Assembly (NCBI GenBank): GCA_963675785.1
Contig: OY776562.1
Location: 768,001-832,000, forward strand
DNA length: 64,000 nucleotides
Reading direction: 5' to 3'
Origin: Anaerolineae bacterium
GTDB lineage: Bacteria > Chloroflexota > Anaerolineae > UBA1429
The translations under genes were made by a program, and so were the position numbers. The notes under the pieces are model-generated. The model was given only the letters and a program-made list of their open reading frames with translations. It made no database searches and had not been told where the DNA came from. The first letter of the stretch is position 1, and each line of letters begins with the position of its first letter. Positions 47,967 through 59,642 of the stretch are shown here, one piece after another.

Positions 47967-49605
47967 TCACCAGAACGGGGCGGCGTTGCGTCTCGTCGTG
48001 GAAGAATCGCTCCAACTGCTTGCGAAGATTCAGCGTCAGTTGTTCTGTATTGCCGTCTTTGCTGGCAGGTGTATGCTCTGCTACGTTGCGGATGATCTCC
48101 ATCGTCTCTTCGACGAATTCCGTCGATTCAGGGAGATAGATGAACCCTTGTGTAATAACCTCGGGGTCGTCGATCAGGTTGCCCGTCTCCGCATCAATGT
48201 CGGCGCGAATTACCACAAAACCATCGCGAGCCAATGAAGCTCGATCTCGTAGAATGGTCTGTCCCACGTCGCCAACACCTAGCCCATCTACAAGCACAGT
48301 GCGCATTTCCAAGGGCTCACCTCGCCAGGCCGACGTTCTATTTAGCTCCAGTGGTTCACCGTTGGTAAGGATAAACACGTGTTCGTTATCCATGTTCATT
48401 TCCCGAGCCATAGCAGCATGTCGATGCAGCATACGGTAATCACCGTGAATGGGCACAAAATAATCGGGCCGCAGCAGGTTGATCATCAGCTTTTGCTCTT
48501 CGCTGGCGGCGTGTCCAGATACGTGAATGCCGGCTTGTGTGCCGTAAATCACATTGGCCCCCTGACGAAACAGCTTGTCGATATTGCTGTAAATACGCGT
48601 CTCATTGCCCGGAATGGCCTTGGATGAGAGCAATACTGTATCGCCCTCTTGAATGGTAATTCCCCTAAAGCGTCCGGTGGCCATGCGCGCCAAAGCGGCA
48701 TTAGGCTCTCCCTGGGTGCCAGTAGCCAGAATACAAACCTGATCATCTGGCATCGAATTTGCCGTGTTCAGGTCAATCATTGTATTGGGCGGTATCTTCA
48801 AGAGACCCAGTTTCTCGGCGATGGCCACATTGTCGATCATGCTTCGCCCTGCCAGTGCAACCTTGCGCCCCATGGTATGTGCCGTCTCGACAACGAGCTG
48901 CGAGCGCGACAAAAGCGAGGCAAATGTAGCAATGATGATTCGCCCCTTTGCCGAGGAAAAAGCGCGTTCGAACGTATCACGCAGGGCGCTTTCCGAAATG
49001 GTATACCCCGCCGATTCAGCATTGGTCGAGTCGGATAGCAGCAGGCGCACACCCTCTGCCGATAGTCTGGCCAGTTCAGCCAGATCGGTCGGCTCACCCT
49101 CAATGGGCGTATGATCGATCTTGAAATCACCAGTATGAACGACAAGTCCCACAGGGGTTTCAATGGCCAATCCCACCGAATCGGGGATTGAGTGGTTCAC
49201 GTGGAAAGGCCGAATCGTAAATGGCCCTTCATCAATAATGTCGCCAGGATGCATCTCCCACAGTTCGGTCAGTTCAAGCAGATTGCGCCGCTTGAGCCTG
49301 CTCTCGACAAGACCGAGCGTCAGGGGTGTGCCATAAACGGGTACAGGCACCTCGTTCAGCAGGTAAGAGAGCCCGCCAATGTGATCTTCATGGCCGTGTG
49401 TCAATACCACAGCACGAACCTTGGTCTGGTTCTCGATGAGGTACGTGTAGTCGGGGATGACCAGGTCAATACCCAGCATATCATCGGTCGGGAACATGAG
49501 CCCCGCATCGACCACGATGATCTGATCATCGTATTCGTAAGCGGTGCAGTTGCGCCCAATCTCGCCCAGTCCTCCTAATGGAGTAATCTTTAAAACAGAA
49601 CTCAT
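47947..49605 (-). CDS. rnj: Ribonuclease J
   Basis: PLGGLGEIGRN, THGHEDHIGG, NHSIPD, HTGDFK, GTQGEP, HVSGHA, PIHG. Confidence 0.97.
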   Translation of the reverse strand: MSSVLKITPLGGLGEIGRNCTAYEYDDQIIVVDAGLMFPTDDMLGIDLVIPDYTYLIENQTKVRAVVLTHGHEDHIGGLSYLLNEVPVPVYGTPLTLGLVESRLKRRNLLELTELWEMHPGDIIDEGPFTIRPFHVNHSIPDSVGLAIETPVGLVVHTGDFKIDHTPIEGEPTDLAELARLSAEGVRLLLSDSTNAESAGYTISESALRDTFERAFSSAKGRIIIATFASLLSRSQLVVETAHTMGRKVALAGRSMIDNVAIAEKLGLLKIPPNTMIDLNTANSMPDDQVCILATGTQGEPNAALARMATGRFRGITIQEGDTVLLSSKAIPGNETRIYSNIDKLFRQGANVIYGTQAGIHVSGHAASEEQKLMINLLRPDYFVPIHGDYRMLHRHAAMAREMNMDNEHVFILTNGEPLELNRTSAWRGEPLEMRTVLVDGLGVGDVGQTILRDRASLARDGFVVIRADIDAETGNLIDDPEVITQGFIYLPESTEFVEETMEIIRNVAEHTPASKDGNTEQLTLNLRKQLERFFHDETQRRPVLVIMAKAR

Positions 49606-49688
49606 TCAAAAAATCCTTATCTTTTACGCAAAATACCGCCCCTGCAAACGCCGGGGCGGTTTAGTTTAAACACTCAAGCATCCTCCAC

Positions 49689-49717
49689 ATTATAGCGGTT
49701 GAATGTCTTATGGTCAA
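49689..49717 (-). promoter_or_regulatory. Sigma70-type promoter of rnj
   Basis: Minus strand TTGACC-17 nt-TATAAT. Confidence 0.75.
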
Positions 49718-49741
49718 TATTACACCTATAGCTCGTCATAA

Positions 49742-51679
49742 TCAAGACTCAGTGATGGTGATAATATCCAATTCGATGCGCTCAGTGCCGTTTTCAGTCC
49801 ACAAAGTATGTGTTTTTATCATGCCCGACATGCTCAACGTTGTTGCCAGGGTTACGCAGTTTTCAGGCGCCCTCTCCCCGGGAGTCAGTTGTCCTAAAAG
49901 TGTGTCATCCATGTAGAGCGTGATGGGGTCTGTGGCAGCATCAGGTGTGCGCCGCCAGTAAACGGTAATCTCTGTTGTTATCTCATCCGAGATGGCTTTA
50001 TAACCCAGATAGGTAATGCCCGGCGCCGCGGTTATTGCCTCGCTCTCATTTGCAATGGGGAGAGTCGTCACATCAATTACAGCTAATTCATCCAGCCATA
50101 CCGCATCGTTCTCGTTCGGCAATAACACCTTGCCACATGCAGTCGAAAAGGCCTCCAGCGTAATTTGTCGATCTGGCGCTGCAAGAACGAGGGCTGTGTC
50201 GTCCAATGCGACCGGCGTGGTGTACTCGTCGGCCAGCACCAGCACGATATCGGGCGCCTCGTAGGCAATGATCTCGGGAATCAGCAGCGAATCGCCCCTT
50301 GCACTGCCCAAAATCCACACGCGGTCGCTGGTCGATTCTCCAACGCAACGCTCCGCCATGCCTGCTACCTGCTTCCAATAGCGCAAGGGCATGCCCTTGG
50401 CCTCGATGGCAGCTTCCGTGTTAGCTTGTTCGTAAAAGGCGAGCGTCGTATACAATTGCAAGCCGAATAATACCATCAGGGCTATCAGAAGCAGCATACC
50501 TGCATTGAGATGGGCAGGTCTGGCAAAGGTTAACTGCGGCATCAGTGCGTCGATCATCAGAGCTGCGCCAACTACATTGGCCGAAAGAAGGCCGCAATAG
50601 AGCGTAGGGTCAGCCGATGCAGGCAGCAGCATGAGGCCGACGACAGTAAATGTGCCAATCAGGGCTATGGCAGCGAAATTGCTGGCATCCAGTTTTTTGC
50701 GCCAGTGCGCCCAGGCCCACAGTGATAGGTAGGCTGTTACGGGCAGGGCTACCATGGCAAGCCAACCCCATACTTGCAGGCTGGTTTGCAGTGCAGGGGA
50801 TAAACTGATTGCACCAGCGCCCTCGAAAAAGGCCTGCAGTAAGCCGCCTCCGCCGATTGCCTGGACCCAGGCGTATAGCCGTTCCGTCACAGCCGTTTGA
50901 TCGCTCACTAGGCCGTTTTGTGCCCAACCCACCGCATTCAGGGCATAAAAGGGAGGAATGGCAAGCAGCAATCCCCACAAAAAACCCACGCCCGCGTGCC
51001 GCCACGATACGCGTCTGGCGAATACCAGGCATATCAGCAGGCAAACTGCAGGCAGAATCAGTCCTGCAGCGTGAACACCGCAAGCCAGGCCGCTGGCACC
51101 TAATGCCAATACCCAGCCCCCCTGCTTTTTCTCAGAGAGTGCCAGTTCCAAGCCCCATAACATCAGAACGCCTGCGGGCAGTAATAGCGCTGCTGGGCCG
51201 ATGGTGCGGCTGGCCATTATGCCCCAGGGATTAAAGCACAGCAGCAGGCCGGCAACAGCCCCGGTACGCACCCCAAACCAGCGACTTGTCGTCCGGGTTA
51301 CCAGGGCTACGCTAAGGCTGTTCAGCAAACCCAGAATGACCAGGGTGCCGGTGAGGCTGCCCATCGCTGTTGAGATCAAGCCCAGCAACAACTGAGAGGT
51401 TGCGGTTGTCCAGGGGCTAGAGGTCAGTGTTTCTCGAAGAAACCCCAAGTATGGGGCACTGCTTTCGCCAATGAGGGCAGCATCGAGTTGATAGAGCCGC
51501 ATAAAAAGAGCCAGGGCAAACAAAGATAACGTCACGCAGCGTTCTGGTGTGGCTATGGCTGCTGTGACGAGTTTGTTGAATCTTTTGCAAATGCTCTGCC
51601 AGATGATCTGCAGTCGAGAAAGAAAAGAATGCACGTCGTTGCCCTCGGCTGAATGACTGCGGGCATTGTACCACGTCAA
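49742..51679 (-). CDS. Multi-pass membrane glycosyltransferase-like protein (GT39/GT83, ArnT/PMT-like)
   Basis: About 11-13 TM segments, RLYQL, AGLLLCFNPWGIMASR, soluble C-terminus; start uncertain. Confidence 0.65.
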   Translation of the reverse strand: MTWYNARSHSAEGNDVHSFLSRLQIIWQSICKRFNKLVTAAIATPERCVTLSLFALALFMRLYQLDAALIGESSAPYLGFLRETLTSSPWTTATSQLLLGLISTAMGSLTGTLVILGLLNSLSVALVTRTTSRWFGVRTGAVAGLLLCFNPWGIMASRTIGPAALLLPAGVLMLWGLELALSEKKQGGWVLALGASGLACGVHAAGLILPAVCLLICLVFARRVSWRHAGVGFLWGLLLAIPPFYALNAVGWAQNGLVSDQTAVTERLYAWVQAIGGGGLLQAFFEGAGAISLSPALQTSLQVWGWLAMVALPVTAYLSLWAWAHWRKKLDASNFAAIALIGTFTVVGLMLLPASADPTLYCGLLSANVVGAALMIDALMPQLTFARPAHLNAGMLLLIALMVLFGLQLYTTLAFYEQANTEAAIEAKGMPLRYWKQVAGMAERCVGESTSDRVWILGSARGDSLLIPEIIAYEAPDIVLVLADEYTTPVALDDTALVLAAPDRQITLEAFSTACGKVLLPNENDAVWLDELAVIDVTTLPIANESEAITAAPGITYLGYKAISDEITTEITVYWRRTPDAATDPITLYMDDTLLGQLTPGERAPENCVTLATTLSMSGMIKTHTLWTENGTERIELDIITITES

Positions 51680-51720
51680 TGGATGTGCATCAACGGCAAA
51701 TCAGCGTGAATTGTGGGGGA

Positions 51721-52449
51721 TCAGGATCCCTGAGCCTGTACGCCAAAATAACCCAGCAGATCCGCAAAGCGCGAGAGCACGATCACGCACTCGGGCTGCT
51801 CAATGGGTTCCAGCTCGGCTACCCAGCTGGCCGGATGGGGGATATAGATAGCACTCAGGCCAGCCCGTACCGCTGGATTGATGTCCGAGCGGGGGCTATT
51901 GCCGATCATCCATGTATTGGCCCAATCTAGTGTTTCTTTCCTGGCGATCTCGACATAGGTCTGGTCATGCTTTTCGGGGACAATGTACTGAGCATCGAAC
52001 AGGTGACTCAAGCCCGAATGGTCTACCTTGCTTTGTTGGTGATTTTGATCGCCCTTGGTCACCAACACCAGCTTGCTGCTCGGCTTGAGCGAGGCCAGCG
52101 TCTCCTGCACGTGATCGAGCAGCACCATGCGCGGCTTGAGCACCACCTCGGCATATTCGGCGATCCGGGTAATCTCAGCTGGATTGGCGTTCAGGCCAGC
52201 TTGTTGTGCCAGCCGTTCGTAGGTTAGTTCGAGCGAGCGCACGTAACCCTCTGGTGAATAGCCGTACTCACTAATGACCTCCAGTTCGGCTACGGATTGA
52301 ATCGTCCGGGCTTGCTCGATGTCAAAATCCAGTGAGGCCATGTGCTCGCCAAAATCGTGGGTGCATTGGCTGTAATAGATATTGCATTCCCACAATGTGT
52401 CGTCGGCATCCACCAGCAGTGTGCGTTCGATGCGGCGCTCCAAACTCAT
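51721..52449 (-). CDS. HAD family hydrolase
   Basis: DADDTLW, TKGD, EK, MIGNSPRSDI. Confidence 0.9.
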   Translation of the reverse strand: MSLERRIERTLLVDADDTLWECNIYYSQCTHDFGEHMASLDFDIEQARTIQSVAELEVISEYGYSPEGYVRSLELTYERLAQQAGLNANPAEITRIAEYAEVVLKPRMVLLDHVQETLASLKPSSKLVLVTKGDQNHQQSKVDHSGLSHLFDAQYIVPEKHDQTYVEIARKETLDWANTWMIGNSPRSDINPAVRAGLSAIYIPHPASWVAELEPIEQPECVIVLSRFADLLGYFGVQAQGS

Positions 52450-52525
52450 GTTTTCACCCCTTACAATAATGCCCATCACTATAACATTTCCCTCCCGCTC
52501 TTCCAAGATGGACTAGTTATGTGAT

Positions 52526-52554
52526 TTGACACATCTCTCTCGCCATGTTATGCT
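52526..52554 (+). promoter_or_regulatory. Sigma70-type promoter of the lysine operon
   Basis: TTGACA-17 nt-TATGCT with extended -10 TG. Confidence 0.75.
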
Positions 52555-52599
52555 CGTTGCTATTGATGCGATCGCGTTTGACGCGAATGAGGTGCTAGA

Positions 52600-52701
52600 T
52601 TGTCTCCTGACAACAACGCCACATCCGAGAGGTCTTATTGGCTCAATGCCGACCTCTCCAAGAAAAGCAAGTCGAAGAAGCCGGACCCCTGGTCTGGATA
52701 G
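52600..52701 (+). CDS. Lysine operon leader peptide (33 aa)
   Basis: GAGGTG RBS with TTG start; MSPDNNATSERSYWLNADLSKKSKSKKPDPWSG*; all 5 Lys codons fall within 7 codons (52660-52680). Confidence 0.8.
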   Translation: MSPDNNATSERSYWLNADLSKKSKSKKPDPWSG

Positions 52702-52766
52702 GCTTGCTCGCATCAGAAAAAGGAATCGAGCGGCTCTCCCCGGATCAGGGGAGGGCCGCTTTTGTT
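52666..52766 (+). promoter_or_regulatory. Transcription attenuator (protector, antiterminator, terminator)
   Basis: AGCAAGTC (52666) pairs with GGCTTGCT (52701); GCTCG (52706) pairs with CGAGC (52727); 13-bp terminator stem 52729-52760 followed by a T-rich tract. Confidence 0.8.
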
Positions 52767-52840
52767 GTGTAGCCCTGTGCTACCTGCAATGCACCTAACC
52801 CCTGCCGGTGAGAGTCCCACTCAACAAGGAGCTGAGACTC

Positions 52841-54151
<1,311 letters not shown>

Positions 54152-54152
<1 letters not shown>

Positions 54153-55402
54153 TGACCCATCAGACTATGGCGGAACAGATTTTGTCCCATGCCGTGGGAC
54201 ATCCCGTCACCCCGGGAGAGCTGGTTATCGTCGATGTGGATTGCTGCATGAGCCACGATTCGTTGACCCCCGAGGTCATCGGCGTGCTGCGCGATATCCT
54301 TCACGTCGAGCGCATCCATGATCCCTCGCGGGTGGCTGTCATCATGGATCACGTGGCCCCGGCGGCCACAGTGGCTACCGCCAATGCTCAGGTGTTAGTG
54401 CGCGAATGGGTTGCCGAGCAGGGCATCACCTCCTTTTACGATGTGGGCTGCGGCGTTTGCCATCAGGTCATGATCGAAGAAGACCTGGTCGAGCCCGGCC
54501 AAATCGCCTTGGGCACCGATTCCCACGCCACCTCTTACGGCTCGGTGGGTGCCTTTGGCACTGGCGTGGGCACTCGCGATATGGCTCTGGCGCTGGCCAG
54601 CGGTCAAATCTGGCTGCGCGTGCCCACCACCATCCTGGTACGCGTCAGCGGACGTTTTAATCCCGGCGTCAGTCCCAAGGATCTCAGCCTCTATCTCTGC
54701 GGTCTGCTGGGTTTGGATGGCGCCACCTACGAGGCCGTCGAGTTCCACGGCTTGGATTGGCTGCCCCTGGATGGCCGCGAGACCCTGGCTTCCATGACCA
54801 CCGAACTGGGCGCCAAAGTTGGTCTGGTGCCGCCCTTTGGTCCTGCTGCCGCCCATCTCAATGTGCCCGAATGGCTCCACGTCGATGAAGAGGCCATCTA
54901 CAGCCGCATCATCGATATCGATCTCGCCACGCTAGAGCCGCAAGTGTCCATCCCGCCCGAGGTCGACCATGTGCGTCTGGCCTCCGAGTTGGGCGATGTG
55001 GCCGTCAATCAGGTCTTTATCGGCACCTGCACCAACGGCCGCCTCACTGATCTGCGCGCTGCCGCAGACATTCTGCGTGGGCAGCATGTGGCTGCTGGCG
55101 TGCGTCTGCTGGTGATTCCCGCTTCTCACCGCATTCTCCAAGATGCCATCGCTGAGGGCGTCCTGCAAGACCTGCTGGCTGCTGGAGCCACCATTGGCAC
55201 GCCGGGTTGCGGTCCCTGCATCGGTCGCCACATGGGCGTCATCGGTGCTGGCGAAGTTTGCCTTTCTACCGCCAACCGCAATTTCCGCGGGCGTATGGGC
55301 GATCCTGAAGGGCTCATCTATCTCAGCTCGCCCGAGACGGCGGCTGCTTCGGCCCTTACCGGCCGCATCACCGATCCGCGAACCCTCCGGGGAGGGGAAT
55401 GA
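54152..55402 (+). CDS. lysT: Homoaconitase large subunit (LeuC/HacA family)
   Basis: DH, GVCHQ, TDSHAT, GTCTNGR, GCGPCIG, NRNFRGRMG; operon context. Confidence 0.9.
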
Positions 55403-55403
55403 C

Positions 55404-55919
55404 ATGACCAGAATATGGATGTTTGGTGATGATGTGGACACCGACCAGATTCTGCCCGGTCGTTACGCCCCTTATATGACCTCCGAGGCCGAGCTGTCCA
55501 AGTATCCCTTTATCGAGGCTCGTCCCGAGTTCGCCGGCCAGGTGGTCCGTGGCGATGTGATCGTGGCTGGCAAGAACTTTGGCTGTGGTTCCAGCCGCGA
55601 ATACGCCCCGCGAGCCCTCTACATGGTGGGCCTGGGTGCCGTGATTGCCCCCAGTTTCTCCCGTATCTTTTACCGCAACGCTCTGAACCTGGGCTTGCCC
55701 CTCTTTGAGGCTGACCTGACTGACCAGGTCAGCGATGGCGATGAAGCCGTTCTCATCTTGGATCGTTTCGAGCTGTTGGTTGGCGATCGCTGCATTGCCC
55801 TGCCTGCGCCTGCCCCCTGGGTGCGCGAGGTCTGGGAGAATGGCGGTATCCTGGCCTATTACGCCCGTTATGGTCGTTTCCCCGTGGGAGAACGCACATG
55901 TCACACCACATCTGCTTGA
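55404..55919 (+). CDS. lysU: Homoaconitase small subunit (LeuD/HacB family)
   Basis: DDVDTDQILPGRY, NFGCGSSRE, FSRIFYRNALNLG. Confidence 0.9.
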   Translation: MTRIWMFGDDVDTDQILPGRYAPYMTSEAELSKYPFIEARPEFAGQVVRGDVIVAGKNFGCGSSREYAPRALYMVGLGAVIAPSFSRIFYRNALNLGLPLFEADLTDQVSDGDEAVLILDRFELLVGDRCIALPAPAPWVREVWENGGILAYYARYGRFPVGERTCHTTSA

Positions 55920-56905
55920 TCCCCGGCGACGGTATCGGTCTGGAGGTCATCCCTGCCGCCCGCGAGGTGCTGGAGGCCATGAACTTGGACCTGACCTTCT
56001 CCAACGCCGAGGCTGGCTGGGCTACCTTTGAGCGTCTGGGCACGGCCCTCCCCGAGGAGACCGTTGAGGCTGTACGCACGTCCGATGCTTGCCTCTTTGG
56101 CGCCGTTTCTTCGCCCCTCAGCCCGGTGCAGGGTTATTCCAGCCCCATCGTGGGCTTGCGTCGCCGTTTGGATCTCTACGCCAACCTGCGCCCGGTGCTC
56201 TCTCAGCCCCTGCCCGGCTCTTGTGTGGGCATCGACATGCTCATTGTTCGCGAGAACAGCGAGGGGCTTTACGGTGGTGCTGAGACCCGCACGTCCGAGC
56301 GCGCTACCACCGAACGGGTCATCACGCGTGCTGCTTCTGAGCGCATCGTCGATCTCGCCTTCCAGCAGGCTGCTCAGCGTCGCGGCCTGGTTACCATCGT
56401 ACACAAGGCCAACGTGCTTCGTGCTACCTGCGGCCTTTTCCGCGAGACCGCCTTTGAGGTAGCCGCCCGCTATCCCCACATCCAGGTCGAAGAGATGCTG
56501 GTCGATGCCGCTGCCATGCGTCTCATCACCTATCCCCAGCGTTTCGATGTCATCGTCACCACCAATTTGTTTGGCGACATTCTCTCCGACGAGGCCGCGG
56601 CTCTGGTGGGCGGATTGGGATTAGCCCCCTCGGGCAACGTGGGCTTGAACGCGGCGGTGTTCGAACCTGTGCACGGCTCTGCGCCCGATATCGCTGGTCA
56701 GGGCATCGCCAATCCCTGCGCGGCGCTGTCTGCTGCTGCCATGATGTTGGATCATCTGCACGAAATCGAGGCGGCCGCGCGTTTGCGTGCTGCTTTGCAT
56801 CAGGTCATCGAGAACGGCCCCCGCACGCCCGATCTGGGTGGCGAGGCCACCACATGTCAGGTTGTGGATGCTGTACTGCGTTCTCTGGAAGAGAGGGAAT
56901 CATGA
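55898..56905 (+). CDS. hicd: Homoisocitrate dehydrogenase (ICDH/IPMDH family)
   Basis: [49 protein letters not shown]; operon context. Confidence 0.88.
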   Translation: MSHHICLIPGDGIGLEVIPAAREVLEAMNLDLTFSNAEAGWATFERLGTALPEETVEAVRTSDACLFGAVSSPLSPVQGYSSPIVGLRRRLDLYANLRPVLSQPLPGSCVGIDMLIVRENSEGLYGGAETRTSERATTERVITRAASERIVDLAFQQAAQRRGLVTIVHKANVLRATCGLFRETAFEVAARYPHIQVEEMLVDAAAMRLITYPQRFDVIVTTNLFGDILSDEAAALVGGLGLAPSGNVGLNAAVFEPVHGSAPDIAGQGIANPCAALSAAAMMLDHLHEIEAAARLRAALHQVIENGPRTPDLGGEATTCQVVDAVLRSLEERES

Positions 56906-57756
56906 GAGTCGGAATGCTGCTGTCCCGGGTGCGTGTAGAGGAAAAGCTGCTCATTCAGGCTTTTGCCGATCGCGGTATCGAATTGGACTTGATCGACGAT
57001 CGCGAATTGATACTCGATGTGGGCGATCCCACACCATTTACCAGTTATGACGTCGTCGTCGAGCGCTGCATCACCCATTCACGCGCTCTGTACACCCTGG
57101 AAGTGCTGAACAGCTGGGGCATTCCCACTGTCAATACCTTTGAGGTAGCCAACGTCTGCGGTAACAAGCTCTCTACCACGCGGGCCCTGTTCGCCAATGG
57201 CGTGCCTTCACCACGCACCATGCTGGCCTACACGCCCGAATCGGCCCTCGTGGCCATCGAGCAGATGGGCTATCCCGTGGTGCTCAAGCCGGCTGTGGGT
57301 TCTTGGGGGCGGCTCATCGCCAAAGTCAACGATCGCGAGGCCGCTGAGGCTATTCTGGAGCACAAAGCCACTTTGGGCTCTTATCAGCACTCGATCTTTT
57401 ACATCCAGGAGTATATCGACAAGCCGCAGCGCGATATCCGCACCTTTGTGGTGGGTGATGAGACCATCGCCGGTATCTATCGCCATTCCGAGCACTGGAT
57501 TACCAACACGGCGCGCGGTGGTCGGGCTGAGAACTGCCCCATCACCCCCGAAATCGACGATCTCTCGCGTCGGGCGGCTGAGGCCGTGGGGGGCGGTGTG
57601 GTTGCTATCGACATTCTCGAACGGGCTTCGGGTGAGCTGCTGGTCAACGAGGTCAATTACACCATGGAGTTCCGCAACAGCATCGATACAACCGGTGTCA
57701 ACATCCCCGCCCGGGTGGTGGATTACGTCCTGGCTGTGGGAAGGAGAGAAGCATGA
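56902..57756 (+). CDS. lysX: Alpha-aminoadipate--LysW ligase
   Basis: ATP-grasp motifs [27 protein letters not shown]; LysX-type [11 protein letters not shown]. Confidence 0.95.
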   Translation: MRVGMLLSRVRVEEKLLIQAFADRGIELDLIDDRELILDVGDPTPFTSYDVVVERCITHSRALYTLEVLNSWGIPTVNTFEVANVCGNKLSTTRALFANGVPSPRTMLAYTPESALVAIEQMGYPVVLKPAVGSWGRLIAKVNDREAAEAILEHKATLGSYQHSIFYIQEYIDKPQRDIRTFVVGDETIAGIYRHSEHWITNTARGGRAENCPITPEIDDLSRRAAEAVGGGVVAIDILERASGELLVNEVNYTMEFRNSIDTTGVNIPARVVDYVLAVGRREA

Positions 57757-58817
57757 GTCCTATCACTGCTTCCATCGTTGGTGCTTCTGGTTATGTCGGC
57801 GGAGAGCTGTTGCGGTTGCTTTTGTCTCACCCCGAGGTCGAGATCAGGCAGGCCACTTCCGAGCGTCAGGCTGGGCGCTATGTCTATGCCACCCATCCCA
57901 ATCTGCGCGGTCACACGGCGCTCAAATACGTCACCATGGCCGAGCTAGAGCCTTGCAATGTGCTCTTTTGCGCGCTGCCCCACGGTCAAACCATGCGTCG
58001 CATCGCTCAATTGGACACCCTGGCTGACTATATCGTCGATCTCTCGGCTGATTTTCGTCTGCACGATACCGCCCTCTATGAGCGCTGGTACGGCGAGCCC
58101 CATGCCGCGCCCGAATGGTTGGATCGTTTCGTCTATGGCCTGCCCGAGATCAATCGCGAGCGCATTCGCGGCGCTCACTATGTTAGCGGTGTGGGTTGTA
58201 ACGCCACTGCCACGAACTTGGCCCTCTGGCCTCTCTTTCAGCAGGGGGTGGTCGATACAGAGCGCGGTGTGATTGTCGAGGTCAAGGCGGGTTCTTCTGA
58301 AAGCGGTGCGGAGACCACGCCTTCTTCCCATCATCCCGATCGTAGCGGGGCCGTGCGTTCTTTTGCCCCCACCGGCCACCGCCACACCGCCGAAGTGGTG
58401 CAGGCTCTTTCGGCAGAGGGTCAGGTGCCCGTGCACATGTCCGTGACGGCCATCGAAATGGTGCGTGGTGTGCTGGCCACGGCTCACGTCTTTGTTCGCC
58501 CCCAGGCTTTGGCCGAGGGCTTTGCCCTCAAGGATCTCTGGAAGGCTTATCGTGGCGTTTATGGTGATGAGCCTTTTGTGCGCCTGGTGCGCGAACGCCA
58601 GGGCGTCTATCGCTACCCCGAACCCAAGATATTGGCCGGCAGTAATCACGCCGACGTGGGCTTTGATTATGATGAGACCACTGGCCGCATCGTCGCTATC
58701 TGCGCCATCGACAATCTGATGAAGGGCGCTGCGGGTACGGCGGTGCAGTGCATGAATTTGATGCTGAGCCTGCCAGAGACTGCTGGCCTCGGTTTTTCCG
58801 GCCTTCATCCGGCCTAG
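57753..58817 (+). CDS. lysY: LysW-aminoadipyl-phosphate reductase (ArgC family)
   Basis: [36 protein letters not shown]. Confidence 0.93.
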   Translation: MSPITASIVGASGYVGGELLRLLLSHPEVEIRQATSERQAGRYVYATHPNLRGHTALKYVTMAELEPCNVLFCALPHGQTMRRIAQLDTLADYIVDLSADFRLHDTALYERWYGEPHAAPEWLDRFVYGLPEINRERIRGAHYVSGVGCNATATNLALWPLFQQGVVDTERGVIVEVKAGSSESGAETTPSSHHPDRSGAVRSFAPTGHRHTAEVVQALSAEGQVPVHMSVTAIEMVRGVLATAHVFVRPQALAEGFALKDLWKAYRGVYGDEPFVRLVRERQGVYRYPEPKILAGSNHADVGFDYDETTGRIVAICAIDNLMKGAAGTAVQCMNLMLSLPETAGLGFSGLHPA

Positions 58818-58826
58818 GAGGTAAAT

Positions 58827-59630
58827 ATGCTGGTTATCAAAGTGGGCGGCAGCGAGGGCATTGATCTGGATGCCGTATGTGATGATGTGGCCGCGCTGGT
58901 GAATGCTGGCCAGGAACTGGTGTTGGTGCACGGCGGCAGCCATCGCACCAACGTGGTTTCCGAACAGCTGGGTCATCCGGCCGAATTTGTCACATCAGAG
59001 AGCGGGTTTACCAGTCGACGTACCGATAGGGGTACCATTCGGATCTTTGAAATGGTATACTGCGGCGAGGTAAACAAAGGCATCGTTGAGCGCCTTCAAG
59101 GTAGGGGCGTCAATGCGGTGGGCTTGTCGGGTCTCGACGGCCGCCTGCTCGAAGGGAATCGCAAGGCTGCGATTCGTATCGTGCAGAACGGCCGTCGTCG
59201 CGTTTTAAGGGACGATTACACCGGTACCGTTGAGACGGTGAACGTCGATCTCTTGCGCTTGTTGATGGGTGCTGGCTATACACCGGTGGTAACCCCGCCG
59301 GCTATCAGCACGGAGAACGAGGCCATCAACGTCGATGGTGATCGCGCTGCTGCACGCATTGCTGCTGCGTTGCGGGCCGATACGCTGGTCATTCTCTCCA
59401 ACGTGCCTGGCTTGTTGGCCAACTATCCCGACGAGGACAGCCTGATAGCTCATGTGGACGCGGCACGCGCCGAGCAGGCTATGGAACATGCTCAGGGGCG
59501 TATGCGCATCAAGGTATTGGGAGCTGCTGAGGCCATCCGTGACGGCGTAGGCCGGGTGATATTTGGCGATGCACGAATCAAAGAGCCGGTGCAGCGGGCA
59601 TTGGCCGGACGTGGTACTGTAATAGAGTAG
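58827..59630 (+). CDS. lysZ: LysW-aminoadipate kinase
   Basis: IKVGGS, VHGGS, SRRTD, NVDGDRAA, LSNVPG. Confidence 0.93.
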   Translation: MLVIKVGGSEGIDLDAVCDDVAALVNAGQELVLVHGGSHRTNVVSEQLGHPAEFVTSESGFTSRRTDRGTIRIFEMVYCGEVNKGIVERLQGRGVNAVGLSGLDGRLLEGNRKAAIRIVQNGRRRVLRDDYTGTVETVNVDLLRLLMGAGYTPVVTPPAISTENEAINVDGDRAAARIAAALRADTLVILSNVPGLLANYPDEDSLIAHVDAARAEQAMEHAQGRMRIKVLGAAEAIRDGVGRVIFGDARIKEPVQRALAGRGTVIE

Positions 59631-59642
59631 TGGGAGAGCGGC

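Noticed and set aside
52560-52770. Lysine riboswitch or T-box upstream of lysW
   Set aside because: I could not find L-box core motifs or the T-box GGTGGNACC sequence; the leader-peptide model explains the region.
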